Origin: Candidatus Pampinifervens sinense
GTDB taxonomy: Bacteria; Aquificota; Aquificia; Aquificales; Aquificaceae
Length of the DNA: 64,000 bases
Assembly (NCBI GenBank): GCA_037927135.1
Contig: JAXSPP010000002.1
Coordinates: forward strand, 1-64,000
Direction of reading: 5' to 3'
Notes under the pieces: generated by a model
What the model was told of the DNA's origin: nothing
Seen by the model: only the letters and a program-made list of their open reading frames with translations
The model's database searches: none
Made by a program: the position numbers and the translations under genes
Shown here: positions 22,016 through 32,916 of the stretch, piece after piece
Position numbering within the stretch: the first letter of the stretch is position 1
How the letters are laid out: each line of letters starts with the position of its first letter

Positions 22016-24067
22016 TCAAAACTGGTAAGAAGCGCTAACATAAAAGCTTCTGCCGGGCTCTGGCACCTTTACGCCTGCGCTAAAAGGATTTCTCACATAG
22101 GAGAAGTGTTCATAATACTTTTTGTCAAAAAGGTTTTCCACTCCAGCATTTAAGGTAAAGTTTTTGTAGCTTATGCCAGCCTTTAGGTTTACTATGCCGT
22201 AGCCGGAGGTCTTTGTCTCATTTACATCGGAGTCTACCTTGCTTTGGGTGGCGGAAGCCACAAGCTCTGCCTCTGCAAACCAAAGGCCAGTATCATACCT
22301 TAGCCCAAGCCTGCCCTTTAAAGGTGGCACCTCCGCCACATCCTTGTCTTTTATGTTCAAGCTTGGCTTTGTATCCTTTCTGCCCTCTGTGTAGCTTACA
22401 CCACCAAAGAGGAAAAGGCTTTTCCACACGTTGTAATTGGAGCTTAGCTCAAAGCCCCAGAAACGTGCATCCACGTTGGCATAGGTCATGGCTTGACTGT
22501 TTTGTGGCCAATTGCTTGGTGGATTTACTGGATCCTTTCTGTGGAGAGTTATGTAGTCCCACACGTAGCTTACAAAGACCGTTGCCTTTGTAAGGGATTT
22601 TGGAGTCTGATGCTTTATTCCAAGGTCAAACTCTAAGTTTTTGGAAGGCTTTAGTTCTGGGTTTCCAACCCAAGCACAGAAGGGAGGGCATCCCATTCCC
22701 ATCCTCCTTAAGGCAAAATACCTCTCCTGTTGGTCTGGCACCCTTACCCCATAGCCCAAGCCTGTAAAGAGTTCAATCTCTGGTGTCAAGTTGTAAAAGA
22801 GTTGGAGATTACCCGAAGGGTATGTATCCGTCTTGGAAGTGCTTCTTGTGTTGTGGAAGGCATAGTATAGGTTTGTGTTTGCTTTGGAGCTGTCTGCCTT
22901 GCTTTTGGTAGTATCAAGCCTTAGGCCTGCCACAAGCCTCAACTTAGGATTAAAGGATTTCTTATACTCTCCATACACGCCAAAGTTGGCAATGTCTGCA
23001 TTTGGGATTACAAATTGCCTCATATACATACCACTCATTTGATTCCACATGTAGTTTGTAGCATCCCAGTTCCTTTTGTAGGCCTCAAAGCCCAAGGCAA
23101 AATCTTTTATCTGTGCTTCCACTCTTCCACCAAAGGTTTTTGTTTGTGCATCCGTTGCCATGCTGTAAGGTAGATCTCCAGCAGACATTCTAAACCTGTC
23201 ATCCATCCAGTGGTCTACCTTTGTGTAATAAAGCTGGAAGCTAAGGGAACTTATAAGGTCAGATATTTTATCCACCTTGTAGGCAAGGTTAAACCTGTCC
23301 GTTTTGTCATATTCCGCATCCATCATAAGGGCTGGGTACAAAACATGTCTGGCATCCTGCCTTGTGTAGGCCATTTCAAGATGATGGTTTTCCAAGGGCC
23401 TTAGGCCAAACTTGGCCCAGTAGGTGTTTATCTCAAAGGCCTTTGAGTTTATATACTGTGGCTTGTAGTTGGCATACTCCGTTATCCTTTTTCCATCTCC
23501 GTCCTTGTAGGGCTTTGAATACTTGTAAGAGTAGCCCGCAAGGCCATAAAACCTGTCATCCCTGTAGGAGACCACAGGAGAAATATTTCTAAAGTCAAAG
23601 GAGCCAAGGCTAAGGTTAAGCTTAAACCTAAAGCCAAAGTCTGGCCTTTTGGTGATTATATTAACCAAACCACCCAAGGAACCTTGATGCCTTATGTCAA
23701 ATGGTCCCTTTATAACCTCTATCCTTTCTACTTCCGAAAAATCCACATGGAAGGCGGGCGGGTCCATTCGGTTGGGACATGCACCATGAACCTCTGAGTC
23801 ATCAATTAGCACGTTAAGGTTATCCCTTTGGAAGGCGCGTATTATCACATCGTTGGCTATGCCACCCTTTCTGAACTTGTGAAGCCCCTCAATCTTGGTT
23901 AAGGCCTCTCCCACATCCTTTGCAAAAGACTCCCTTACCTCCCTTATCTCAAGGCTTTCTTTAAAGGTCTCCCTTTTTCCCTTAACTTCCACCTCCTTCA
24001 AAAGCACCTCTTGGGCAAAGGTGGGAAGGCTAAAAAGGGCAGTTGAAATTAAAGCAATTTTCTTCAT
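22016..24067 (-). CDS. TonB-dependent outer-membrane receptor, OprC-like copper receptor
   Basis: Signal peptide, plug GACPNRMDPP, ERIEVIKGP, DHWMD, ENLFDK.Y, PGR, terminal Phe. Confidence 0.88.
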   Translation of the reverse strand: MKKIALISTALFSLPTFAQEVLLKEVEVKGKRETFKESLEIREVRESFAKDVGEALTKIEGLHKFRKGGIANDVIIRAFQRDNLNVLIDDSEVHGACPNRMDPPAFHVDFSEVERIEVIKGPFDIRHQGSLGGLVNIITKRPDFGFRFKLNLSLGSFDFRNISPVVSYRDDRFYGLAGYSYKYSKPYKDGDGKRITEYANYKPQYINSKAFEINTYWAKFGLRPLENHHLEMAYTRQDARHVLYPALMMDAEYDKTDRFNLAYKVDKISDLISSLSFQLYYTKVDHWMDDRFRMSAGDLPYSMATDAQTKTFGGRVEAQIKDFALGFEAYKRNWDATNYMWNQMSGMYMRQFVIPNADIANFGVYGEYKKSFNPKLRLVAGLRLDTTKSKADSSKANTNLYYAFHNTRSTSKTDTYPSGNLQLFYNLTPEIELFTGLGYGVRVPDQQERYFALRRMGMGCPPFCAWVGNPELKPSKNLEFDLGIKHQTPKSLTKATVFVSYVWDYITLHRKDPVNPPSNWPQNSQAMTYANVDARFWGFELSSNYNVWKSLFLFGGVSYTEGRKDTKPSLNIKDKDVAEVPPLKGRLGLRYDTGLWFAEAELVASATQSKVDSDVNETKTSGYGIVNLKAGISYKNFTLNAGVENLFDKKYYEHFSYVRNPFSAGVKVPEPGRSFYVSASYQF

Positions 24068-24139
24068 TACTTTACCTCCAATTTAGCGTTATTTTAACAT
24101 TATAACATACTCTGAAGCCTGAGGGCTATATTTTTATTA

Positions 24140-24625
24140 ATGGTTGTAAGGAAGGCCAAGCTTAAGGATGCACCAGAGCTTTACAACCTTATAAACGAGT
24201 ATGCGAAGGAGGGAATACTGCTTCCTAGAAGTCTAAACTCTATCTATGAGAATATAAGGGATTTTTGGGTTTGTGAAAAGGATGGGAATATAGTGGGTTG
24301 CTGTGCCCTTCATATAGTTTGGGAGGACCTTGCGGAGATAAAGAGCTTGGCTGTAAAGAAGGATTATAGAGGTATGGGTGTGGGCAGTATGCTTGTAGAG
24401 GCATGTTTGAAGGAGGCTGAAGAGCTAGGTATAAAGAAGGTCTTTGTCCTTACCTATGCCCAGGACTTTTTCAGCAGGTTTAACTTTGAAGAGGTGGAAA
24501 AGTCTAAGCTTCCTCACAAGGTATGGGGTGAATGTATAAATTGTATAAAGTTTCCAAACTGCGATGAGGTGGCCATGTGGATTGACTTGGAAAAGGTTCC
24601 TATAAGGCATGACGGTGAAGTTTAG
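24140..24625 (+). CDS. argA: GNAT N-acetyltransferase, short ArgA-like
   Basis: GILLPRS, AEIKSLAV, RGMGVG, VFVLTY, LPHKVW.ECI.C.KFP.CDE.AM. Confidence 0.8.
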   Translation: MVVRKAKLKDAPELYNLINEYAKEGILLPRSLNSIYENIRDFWVCEKDGNIVGCCALHIVWEDLAEIKSLAVKKDYRGMGVGSMLVEACLKEAEELGIKKVFVLTYAQDFFSRFNFEEVEKSKLPHKVWGECINCIKFPNCDEVAMWIDLEKVPIRHDGEV

Positions 24626-26342
24626 CTATATAACCTCTGGAGAGAAGTTAAGCAAGGTTTATGAAAGCTTAAAGGATGAGCCCTATGTATTCCTTGATAC
24701 GGAGGTATCCAACGACAGAATAAGGCTTGTACAGCTGGGTGGGAAGGAGGACATATTCATACTTGACCTTTTTGACCTCGGTGAGGAGGGGGTGATGTTT
24801 TTAAGGGAGCTTCTTTCCAATAAGGGCATAGTGGGGCATAACCTCAAGTTTGACCTAAAATACCTCTACAGCTACGGTATAGAGCCTTATGCTGTGTTTG
24901 ATACGATGATAGCCAGTCAGCTTTTGGGGGACACAGACAAACACTCTCTGCAAAGGGTAGCTATGCACTATTTGGGACAGGTATTGGACAAGGCCCTTCA
25001 AGCTTCCAATTGGGGACAGCCCTTTTTAGGAAAGGAACAGCTAGAGTATGCCGCTTTGGATGTAAAAGTGGTGAGAGATCTGTTCTACATATTCCTCAAA
25101 AGGCTAAATGAGACGCGCCACAGGGAGGAGCTACTGCTAAAGACTAGGACCTCTAGGGTCTTTGGCCTTTTGAACCCTGTGGCCATAGTGGAGATGGCCT
25201 TTGTTCAAGAGACGGCAAAGCTTGAACTTAACGGCATACCTGTGGACAAGGTAGAGCTGGAAAGGAAGCTAAGGGAACAGGAGAAATTGCTTCAGAAAAA
25301 GGTTATGGATTTTATGGTAAAGTACAGGGTGGATCCTATGTCTCCCAAGCAGGTTGGAGAGCTTCTTACAAAGAGGTTTGGTCTGGATCTTCCAAGGACG
25401 GAAAAGGGTAATGTTTCTACCGATGATAAGGTGCTTTCAGAATACGCTTCACATCCTGTAGTTTCCGAACTTTTAGAGATAAGGGGAATGAAGAAGATCA
25501 TTGAAAAACTTCAGGAGATAAGGGAGAGGGTGAAAGGTGGCAGGGTCTATCCAGAGTTTAAGCAGATAGGCGCTGTAACCGGAAGGATGGCAAGCATGAA
25601 CCCTAACGTGCAAAACATACCTAGGAATTTAAGAAGCATCTTTATGGCGGAAGAAGGTAATGTGTTTGTCATCGCAGACTTTTCCCAGATTGAACTAAGG
25701 ATAGCCAGTGAGTATGTGGGTGAAGAGAGGATGATACAGGCCTTTAGACAGGGCAAGGACCTTCACCGTTATACCGCAAGCATCTTTTTGGGAAAGCCTG
25801 AGGAGGAGATAACAAAGGAGGAGCGCCAGCTTGCCAAGGCTGTAAACTTTGGCCTCATATACGGCATATCGGCCAAAGGCCTTGTGGAGTATGCCAAGAC
25901 CTATGGCATTGACCTCACCCTTGAAAGTGCCCAAAGGATAAGGGAGAGCTTTTTTGAATACTATACTGCCTTTAAGGTTTGGCATGAAAAGGTAAAGAAG
26001 GAGCTAAAGGAATACAAAGAGTCAAGGGGTTATACCCTTTTGGGAAGGCCCTACATAGCCCACACCTTTCCAGACGCGGTAAACTATCCCATACAGGGAA
26101 CGGGTGCAGACCTTCTAAAACTTTCTGTGCTTATGTTTGATGCGGAGCTAAGGAGAGAAGGGCTTAAGGCAAAGGTGGTAAACCTTGTCCATGATGAGAT
26201 ATTGGTGGAGTGCAAGGAGGAGGAAGCGGAGCTTATAAAAGAGCTTTTGAGAAAGGCTATGGTGCATGCGGGCAAGGTTATACTGAAGCAGGTGCCTGTG
26301 GAGGTGGAGATATTTATAAACAAAAGATGGGAAAAGGATTAA
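24609..26342 (+). CDS. polA: family A DNA polymerase with 3'-5' exonuclease, no 5'-3' exonuclease domain
   Basis: Exo motifs LDTE, HNLKFD, YAALD; polymerase motifs TGRM, ADFSQIELR, R..AKAVNFGLIYG, QGTGAD, VHDE. Confidence 0.95.
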   Translation: MTVKFSYITSGEKLSKVYESLKDEPYVFLDTEVSNDRIRLVQLGGKEDIFILDLFDLGEEGVMFLRELLSNKGIVGHNLKFDLKYLYSYGIEPYAVFDTMIASQLLGDTDKHSLQRVAMHYLGQVLDKALQASNWGQPFLGKEQLEYAALDVKVVRDLFYIFLKRLNETRHREELLLKTRTSRVFGLLNPVAIVEMAFVQETAKLELNGIPVDKVELERKLREQEKLLQKKVMDFMVKYRVDPMSPKQVGELLTKRFGLDLPRTEKGNVSTDDKVLSEYASHPVVSELLEIRGMKKIIEKLQEIRERVKGGRVYPEFKQIGAVTGRMASMNPNVQNIPRNLRSIFMAEEGNVFVIADFSQIELRIASEYVGEERMIQAFRQGKDLHRYTASIFLGKPEEEITKEERQLAKAVNFGLIYGISAKGLVEYAKTYGIDLTLESAQRIRESFFEYYTAFKVWHEKVKKELKEYKESRGYTLLGRPYIAHTFPDAVNYPIQGTGADLLKLSVLMFDAELRREGLKAKVVNLVHDEILVECKEEEAELIKELLRKAMVHAGKVILKQVPVEVEIFINKRWEKD

Positions 26343-26353
26343 ACTATATAGCT

Positions 26354-27016
26354 ATGGGGAGGTGGGTATTAGTCTTGCTGTTTTTCATAGCCTCATGCGG
26401 TCCAAAGGTTAGCACCTTAGAGGAGTATGAGAGAAGGAACCCTTACCCTGGCACTAAAGAGAGAATAGACTATATCTCTAAGGGTAGTCTTATGCCAAGG
26501 GAGGGCTATCAGGACCTGTATTCGGAAAGAAGGGCGAGTAAGGTGGGGGACATAATATACATTCAGATTATAGAGAGTATTAACGCTATAGAAAGCATAT
26601 CTGCACAAACTCAAAGATCTTCAGCCTTTCAGCAGAGCATTAGTTCTCTCTTTGGTCTTCCTAAAGACTTCCTTTCAGACCTTGGTGGAAGGGGTTCTGG
26701 GCAGATGAGCACAAAGGGTGCTGGGAAGGTGCAACAGACTGGTGTTTTGACCACAAGGCTTGCGGGAAGGGTCATGAAGGTCTATCCTAACGGTAGTATG
26801 CTTGTGGAGGCAAAAAAGTATATAGCTGTAGAAAACGCTCAGAGGGAGGTAGTTTTGAGGGGTATAGTTAGGCCAGAGGACATAGATAGCACCAACACCG
26901 TATCAAGCGACAGGATAGCAAACTTGGAGGTTATCATAGACGGAAGGGGCTTTTTGGTGGATGGAGGTAGTCCGGGATGGCTTGCAAGAATACTTGCAAA
27001 GGTCTTGCCCTTTTAA
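26354..27016 (+). CDS. flgH: flagellar L-ring lipoprotein
   Basis: Lipobox IASC, LY.ERRA..VGD, V.PNG, LRGIVRPEDI...N.V.S..IA, GWL; start at ATG 26354. Confidence 0.92.
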   Translation: MGRWVLVLLFFIASCGPKVSTLEEYERRNPYPGTKERIDYISKGSLMPREGYQDLYSERRASKVGDIIYIQIIESINAIESISAQTQRSSAFQQSISSLFGLPKDFLSDLGGRGSGQMSTKGAGKVQQTGVLTTRLAGRVMKVYPNGSMLVEAKKYIAVENAQREVVLRGIVRPEDIDSTNTVSSDRIANLEVIIDGRGFLVDGGSPGWLARILAKVLPF

Positions 27017-28062
27017 TGATCCTTTTCTCCTTTGCCTTTTCTACCCGCATTGGGGATGTGGCAAGCTTTGAGGGCAACAGAAGCAACTACCTTGTGGGCT
27101 ATGGCCTTGTGGTGGGCCTAAAGGGCACAGGCGATGGCAAAAGTACCCTCTTTACGGTGAGAAGCATAGCCAACATGCTAAACAGGATGGGTATAGTGGT
27201 GGACCCAAAGAGGATGACTACAAAGAACGTGGCGGCTGTTATGGTAACGGCCAAGCTACCACCTTACGCAAAGCCAGGTATGAGGATAGATGTGGAGATC
27301 TCTTCCATAGGGGATGCTAAAAGCTTAGAAGGTGGTACCCTTCTCCTCACTCCTTTGAGGGGGCCAGACGGCGTAGTCTATGCTTTGGCACAGGGGCAGG
27401 TGATTGTGGGTGGTTATGAGGCGAGGGGAAGGGGTGCCCAGCAGGTGGTGAACGTACCAACGGTGGGAAGGATACCAAACGGTGCCATAGTGGAAAGGGA
27501 GTTGCCAATGGATAGCATTCCTCAGGAGATAAACCTTTATCTGGAGAGTCCTAGCTTTTCCCTTGCCAAGCTGATCCAAGACAGGATAAACATGGAGTTT
27601 GGCAAAGATGTGGCAAAGGCCTTGGATGCTAGCACAGTGAGGCTAAGAATACCGGAGGGGACAAACCCGGTAGATTTTCTTGCCAAAGTGGAGGATCTGG
27701 AGATAGATGTGCCTTCCTTTGCCAAAGTGGTGATTGACGGAAGGTCTGGAGTGGTCCTCTTTGGTGGGGATGTGACCATAAGCCCGGTCTCTGTGGCGGT
27801 AGGAAGTCTAACGGTAATTATTAGAGAAGCTCCAGAGGTGGTTCAGCCACCACCTTTTTCTCCAGGTGAGACAAAAGTGGTGCCAAGGACGGAGGTAAAG
27901 GTGGAAGAAAAGACTGCAAGAATTGTTCAACTGAGGGGTGCTACCGTCTCACAGCTGGTAGAATCCCTAAACAGAATAGGTGCCACACCTAGGGAGATCA
28001 TCTCTGTCCTTCAGGCCATAAAGGCTGCTGGTGCTCTAAGAGCAAAGCTGGAGGTGCTTTAA
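26977..28062 (+). CDS. flgI: flagellar P-ring protein
   Basis: LVGYGLVVGL.GTGD, NVAAVMVTA, SIGDAKSL.GGTL, AGALRA.L; alternative start at ATG 27016. Confidence 0.95.
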   Translation: MACKNTCKGLALLMILFSFAFSTRIGDVASFEGNRSNYLVGYGLVVGLKGTGDGKSTLFTVRSIANMLNRMGIVVDPKRMTTKNVAAVMVTAKLPPYAKPGMRIDVEISSIGDAKSLEGGTLLLTPLRGPDGVVYALAQGQVIVGGYEARGRGAQQVVNVPTVGRIPNGAIVERELPMDSIPQEINLYLESPSFSLAKLIQDRINMEFGKDVAKALDASTVRLRIPEGTNPVDFLAKVEDLEIDVPSFAKVVIDGRSGVVLFGGDVTISPVSVAVGSLTVIIREAPEVVQPPPFSPGETKVVPRTEVKVEEKTARIVQLRGATVSQLVESLNRIGATPREIISVLQAIKAAGALRAKLEVL

Positions 28063-30140
28063 ACCAACATAAGCTCAATCCTCGCCCTCTCCTCATCAAC
28101 CGATACCACCTTTACCCTTACCCTGTCACCCAACCTAAAGACCTTACCCGTGTTTATACCCACAAGCCTGTGGGCAGGCTCATCGTAGATGTACTGATCA
28201 TCGGTCAAAGTGCTTATGCTTACCAAGCCTTCCACCAAATACTCTTGAATCTCCACGAAGAAGCCAAAGGACACAACACCTGTAATAATACCATCAAACT
28301 CCTCTCCAATGTGGGACCTCATGAAGCGCACCTTTAGCCTGTCTATGGCCTCCCTCTCTACCTCTTCTGCCAACCTCTCCTGCTGGGAGAGATGCATGCC
28401 AGCCATCTCAAGGTAAGCGATCGTCTTCTCATAATCTATCCTTTCTCCTCTTAAAGCTTTTTTTAGAAGCCTATGGACTATGATGTCTGGATACCTTCTT
28501 ATGGGTGAGGTAAAGTGGGTATAATGCTCTGAGGCAAGGCCAAAGTGGCCAAGGTTGTGGGGAGAGTAATGGGCCCTTTTCATGGACCTTAGGGTCAAAA
28601 ACCTCACCAGGTTCTCCTCAGGCCTCCCCTCAAAGTCTTCTATTATCTTTTGGAAAAACTTAGGATTTAGACTTGGCCTTTTAACTTTATAGCCAAGCCC
28701 CGCAAGGATCTCAAGGAGGTTTTCCACTTTGCTTGGATCTGGCTTTTCATGAACTCTATAAAGGCAAGGATAGCCTAGGCTTTCAAGGTGCATGGCTACC
28801 GTCTCGTTGGCCGAAATCATAAAATGCTCTATTATCTTGTGCACCACATGCCTCTCATAGGGCATAACTGCCACAGGCTCACCATACTCATCCACCACAA
28901 GCTCTGCTTCGGGCAGGTCAAAGTCTATGCTTCCCCTCTCCCAACGCACCCTTGAAAGTATCCTATAGAGGTCCTCCATAAGCCTCAAGGACTCTACTAT
29001 CTCTTTTGGATACCTTCCTTCCAAGGCTGGGTCTCCAAGAATGAGCCTTAGAGCCTCGTTGTAAGTTAGCCTTGCCTTACTCCTTATCACACTCTCGTAT
29101 ATGTCATACTCCAACAGCCTCCCTCTTTCATCAAAGAACATCTCACAGGTAAAAGCAAGCCTATCTTCGTTGGGCTTTAGACTGCATAGGTCTCCAGCGA
29201 GTTCCTCAGGAAGCATATGCAAGGCCCTATCGGGCAGGTAAAAGGTAAAGCCCCTCTTGAAGGCCTCCTTATCAATGGCGGAATTCTCCTTGACAAAGTA
29301 AGACACATCAGCTATATGAACCCAAAGCCTGTAGCCTTTTGGAGTTTTCTCAATGGCCACCGCATCATCAAAGTCCTTTGCCCTCTCCGGATCAATGGTA
29401 AAGCACACCTGATCCCTAAGGTCCCTCCTTCTTTTTAGCTCCTCCTCAAGGTTCACCTTTAGACTTCTTGCTTCTTTTATCACCTCCTCTGGGTAAGAGG
29501 TGGGCAGGTTATATTTCCTGATGAGTATGTCTATGATGAGGTTTCTCTCCTCCGGATGGCCCAATACCTCCTTTATCTTTCCAAGGGCTGGGCGTCTCTT
29601 TGTAGGGAACTTCCTTATTTGTGCTACCACTACCGTTCCATCCTTTAGATCTTTACAGCCCTCCAATAGCACCACCTGATGCTGGTTTTCATCCATCGGT
29701 ATGCCAAGACAAGACCTTCTCTTCTTTTGCACTTTACACACAATCTCTTTTTTTGCCCTCTTTAAAACCTTTAAAATGCGCACCTCCTTTTTGCCCTTAT
29801 ACTCCACCACCTTAGCCCTCACTATGTCTCCCGCAAAGAGGTTTACCATTTCAAAGGGTGGTATGTATATGTCCTTTTTGCCCTCACCGACCTCCAAAAA
29901 GCCAAAGCCCGCAGGATAAGGTATGACCTTTCCTACAACTATTTCTTCCTCAACATAGGCATACTTACCACCTTGGACTGCCACCTTACCAGACTTTTTC
30001 AAGGACCTTAGAACCTTCTTTAAAACCTTCCTATCCTTCTTGTTTAGTCCAAGCCTCTTTAGTATCTCCTCAAAGCTTAAAGGCCTTTTGCTGTTTTTTA
30101 GGGTCTTTAGAACTAGTTCCTCCAGGGGAAGGCCTTCCAT
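28059..30140 (-). CDS. rnr: ribonuclease R
   Basis: TIDP..AKDFDDA, VHIADVS, HFGLA...YTHFTSPIRRYPD, C-terminal S1; start MEGLPL at 30140. Confidence 0.95.
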   Translation of the reverse strand: MEGLPLEELVLKTLKNSKRPLSFEEILKRLGLNKKDRKVLKKVLRSLKKSGKVAVQGGKYAYVEEEIVVGKVIPYPAGFGFLEVGEGKKDIYIPPFEMVNLFAGDIVRAKVVEYKGKKEVRILKVLKRAKKEIVCKVQKKRRSCLGIPMDENQHQVVLLEGCKDLKDGTVVVAQIRKFPTKRRPALGKIKEVLGHPEERNLIIDILIRKYNLPTSYPEEVIKEARSLKVNLEEELKRRRDLRDQVCFTIDPERAKDFDDAVAIEKTPKGYRLWVHIADVSYFVKENSAIDKEAFKRGFTFYLPDRALHMLPEELAGDLCSLKPNEDRLAFTCEMFFDERGRLLEYDIYESVIRSKARLTYNEALRLILGDPALEGRYPKEIVESLRLMEDLYRILSRVRWERGSIDFDLPEAELVVDEYGEPVAVMPYERHVVHKIIEHFMISANETVAMHLESLGYPCLYRVHEKPDPSKVENLLEILAGLGYKVKRPSLNPKFFQKIIEDFEGRPEENLVRFLTLRSMKRAHYSPHNLGHFGLASEHYTHFTSPIRRYPDIIVHRLLKKALRGERIDYEKTIAYLEMAGMHLSQQERLAEEVEREAIDRLKVRFMRSHIGEEFDGIITGVVSFGFFVEIQEYLVEGLVSISTLTDDQYIYDEPAHRLVGINTGKVFRLGDRVRVKVVSVDEERARIELMLV

Positions 30141-30156
30141 TGTAAAATATTTAACC

Positions 30157-30462
30157 ATGAAAGATTGGCAAAAGTACAGGGAAAAAGTGGAGGAGTTGAA
30201 AAAAAGTCTTGAAGAGGCTCTTGTTTCTTTGGACATGGAGTATGATGTGAAGATGCCTGGGGAGGAAGGCTTTGATCCTTCCTTCAAGGTGCCTTATGTG
30301 CTTCTGAGGTACTACACCGATGAGGACCACTACCACGAGAGAAAGATAGAACTTTTTGACTACTACTTTGAGGAGCCTTTGGAAAACTTGGTGAAGCTCA
30401 TAAAGGATATGGCGGAAGAGTTTCTTATGGAAATAGACCAAAGTGAATATGGTGGAGGTTGA
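30157..30462 (+). CDS. acidic hypothetical protein
   Basis: ORF MKDWQKY... with host-like codon usage, upstream of rpsO; start at ATG 30157 avoids overlap with rnr. Confidence 0.7.
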   Translation: MKDWQKYREKVEELKKSLEEALVSLDMEYDVKMPGEEGFDPSFKVPYVLLRYYTDEDHYHERKIELFDYYFEEPLENLVKLIKDMAEEFLMEIDQSEYGGG

Positions 30463-30495
30463 GTTATAATATTCTGTTCTGAAGGAGGAAAGAGG

Positions 30496-30768
30496 ATGGC
30501 ATTACCCAAGGAAGTAAAGCAGGAGATAATTAGGAGCTTTCAAAGGCATGAGAAGGATACTGGATCACCTGAGGTACAGATAGCCATACTCACCGAGCGT
30601 ATAAACAGGCTTACAGAGCACCTCAAGAGGCACAAAAAGGATATACATTCTAGGCGTGGGCTAATAGCACTAATACATGCCAGAAGAAGACATCTTGAAT
30701 ACCTAAGAAATAAGGACTATAAAAGATATCTGGAGGTTGTTGAAAGGCTTGGCCTTAAGGTGAAATGA
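30496..30768 (+). CDS. rpsO: 30S ribosomal protein S15
   Basis: [29 protein letters not shown]. Confidence 0.98.
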   Translation: MALPKEVKQEIIRSFQRHEKDTGSPEVQIAILTERINRLTEHLKRHKKDIHSRRGLIALIHARRRHLEYLRNKDYKRYLEVVERLGLKVK

Positions 30769-32843
30769 TGGAGATCGCACGCGCAAAGGTTGGAAGCTCA
30801 GAGGTAATAATAGAGACGGGAAAGTATGCTAAGCTGGCAGATGGCGCTGTAGTTGTAAGACAAGGAGATACGGCCGTATTGGTAACTGCCGTAATGTCTG
30901 AGGAGCCAGTTCAAGGTATAGACTTCGTTCCCCTTTCTGTAGATTACCGCGAGCAGGCTTCCGCATGGGGTAAAATACCCGGTGGCTTTATAAAGAGGGA
31001 AGGGAAGCCCACCGACAGGGAAATACTGGTATCAAGGGTAATAGACAGGCCCATAAGGCCTATGCTGCCTGAAGGCTTTTTCCACGAGGTGGTCATAACA
31101 GCCCTTACCCTTTCGGCCGATGACAAGTATGATCCCGATGTGCTTGCCATAACGGGAGCCTCTGCAGCCCTGCACATATCAAGGATACCCTTTGACGGTC
31201 CAATAGCGGGTGTAAGGGTATGCAGGATAGACGGTAAGTTTGTGGCAAACCCTACCTACGAGGAAAGACAAAGGGCAGACCTGGATATAGTCATGGCTGG
31301 AAGCAAAGATGCTATAGTGATGGTAGAGGGTGGTGCAAAGGAGGTGGATGAGGACACCTTTACCGATGCTCTATACTTTGGCCTTGAGGCCATACAGGAC
31401 CTTTTGAGGGCCCAGGAGTACTTGAGGGAAAGGGTAGGTGTGCCAAAGGTAAGCTTTGAGGGTATGGAGCTGCCAGAGGAGCTCCAAAAGGCTCTTGAAG
31501 AGTTTTGCACAGAAAAGATCCTTCAATCCTTTAACATCTCCGACAAGAGGGAAAGGAAGACCTTCCAAGCGAACATACTCAAAGAGTTCATAGAGGCAAA
31601 TCAGATTCCTGAAGAGTGGCACTTTAAGCTAAGCTATAACTACAAAAAGCTTATAAGCAAGCTTATGAGAAAGAGGGTCTTGGAGGAGGGTGTTCGCATT
31701 GATGGAAGGGGTCCAAAGGACATAAGGCCCATAAGCATAGAAGTTCATCCCTTTGAAAGGCCTCACGGTAGCGCCATATTTACAAGGGGTCAAACTCAGG
31801 CCTTTGCTACAGCTACCCTTGGATCTCCAGAGGAAGCCCAGCTTGTAGAAAGCATATATGAGGGTGAGACCTTCAAGAGGTTCATGCTACACTACAACTT
31901 CCCACCCTTCTCCACCGGTGAAGCCAGGCCTTGGGGCCCACCAAGAAGGAGGGAGATAGGCCATGGAGCCCTGGCAGAAAGGGCTATAGAGCCCTTAATA
32001 CCACCGGAGACGGAGTTTCCTTACATAATAAGGGTGGTTTCCAACATACTTGAATCCAACGGCTCCACTTCCATGGCTACCGTGTGTGCAGGTTCCCTTG
32101 CCCTCTTTGATGCGGGAGTGCCCCTCAAAAAGCACGTGGCTGGCATAGCCATGGGCCTTATCATGGAAGGCGACAGATACGTTATCCTTTCGGACATTTT
32201 GGGAGATGAGGACCAGCTTGGTGATATGGACTTTAAAGTGGCTGGCACAAAAGATGGAATAACGAGCGTTCAGATGGATATAAAGATAAAGGGCCTCAAA
32301 AAGGAGATAATGAGGGAGGCATTGTACCAGGCAAGGGAAGGAAGGCTGTATATACTTGAGAAGATGTATGAGGCCATTCCTGAGCCAAGGAAGGAGGTAT
32401 CCCCTTATGCACCTAAGATAGAGATAATGACCATACCCGAGGATAAGGCTTTGGTGGTCATTGGCCCAGGTGGAAGGAATGTGAGGGAGTTCAGGGACAA
32501 GATGGGTGTGTCCGTGTGGGTCCATGAGGGTGGAAGGGTCTCCTTGACCTCTCATTCAAAGGAGGCCATAGAGGAGGTGAAGAAGATCATACAAAACCTT
32601 ATTGCAGAGGTGGAGGTAGGCAAGGTCTATAAGGGTAGGATAACAAGGGTGGAGCCTTATGGTGTCTTTGTGGAGATCTTGCCCGGTAAGGTGGGGCTCT
32701 TGCATGTGAGCAAGATGGAAGGGTATATTAAAGATGTAAGGGCAAAGTTTAGCGTTGGTGATGAGATTGTGGTCAAAGTATTTGAAGTAGATGAACAGGG
32801 AAGGCCTAGGTTGACTACCATAGGTATAAATGAGCCGGCGTAG
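30765..32843 (+). CDS. pnp: polyribonucleotide nucleotidyltransferase
   Basis: [45 protein letters not shown] and S1 domains. Confidence 0.97.
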   Translation: MMEIARAKVGSSEVIIETGKYAKLADGAVVVRQGDTAVLVTAVMSEEPVQGIDFVPLSVDYREQASAWGKIPGGFIKREGKPTDREILVSRVIDRPIRPMLPEGFFHEVVITALTLSADDKYDPDVLAITGASAALHISRIPFDGPIAGVRVCRIDGKFVANPTYEERQRADLDIVMAGSKDAIVMVEGGAKEVDEDTFTDALYFGLEAIQDLLRAQEYLRERVGVPKVSFEGMELPEELQKALEEFCTEKILQSFNISDKRERKTFQANILKEFIEANQIPEEWHFKLSYNYKKLISKLMRKRVLEEGVRIDGRGPKDIRPISIEVHPFERPHGSAIFTRGQTQAFATATLGSPEEAQLVESIYEGETFKRFMLHYNFPPFSTGEARPWGPPRRREIGHGALAERAIEPLIPPETEFPYIIRVVSNILESNGSTSMATVCAGSLALFDAGVPLKKHVAGIAMGLIMEGDRYVILSDILGDEDQLGDMDFKVAGTKDGITSVQMDIKIKGLKKEIMREALYQAREGRLYILEKMYEAIPEPRKEVSPYAPKIEIMTIPEDKALVVIGPGGRNVREFRDKMGVSVWVHEGGRVSLTSHSKEAIEEVKKIIQNLIAEVEVGKVYKGRITRVEPYGVFVEILPGKVGLLHVSKMEGYIKDVRAKFSVGDEIVVKVFEVDEQGRPRLTTIGINEPA

Positions 32844-32905
32844 CTCAGCGGCAGAGCGAGGCACTCGTAATGCCTAGGTCGTGGGTTCAAATCCCACCGC
32901 CGGCT
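32834..32905 (+). tRNA. tRNA-Thr(CGT)
   Basis: Acceptor GCCGGCG/CGCCGGC, anticodon arm AGGCA-CT-CGT-AA-TGCCT, GGTTCAAATCC; no CCA; first 10 nt overlap the end of pnp. Confidence 0.95.
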
Positions 32906-32916
32906 TGGAGAAAATC

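Noticed and set aside
26354-28062. flgHI isolated from other flagellar genes
   Set aside because: Scattered flagellar genes are normal for Aquificae
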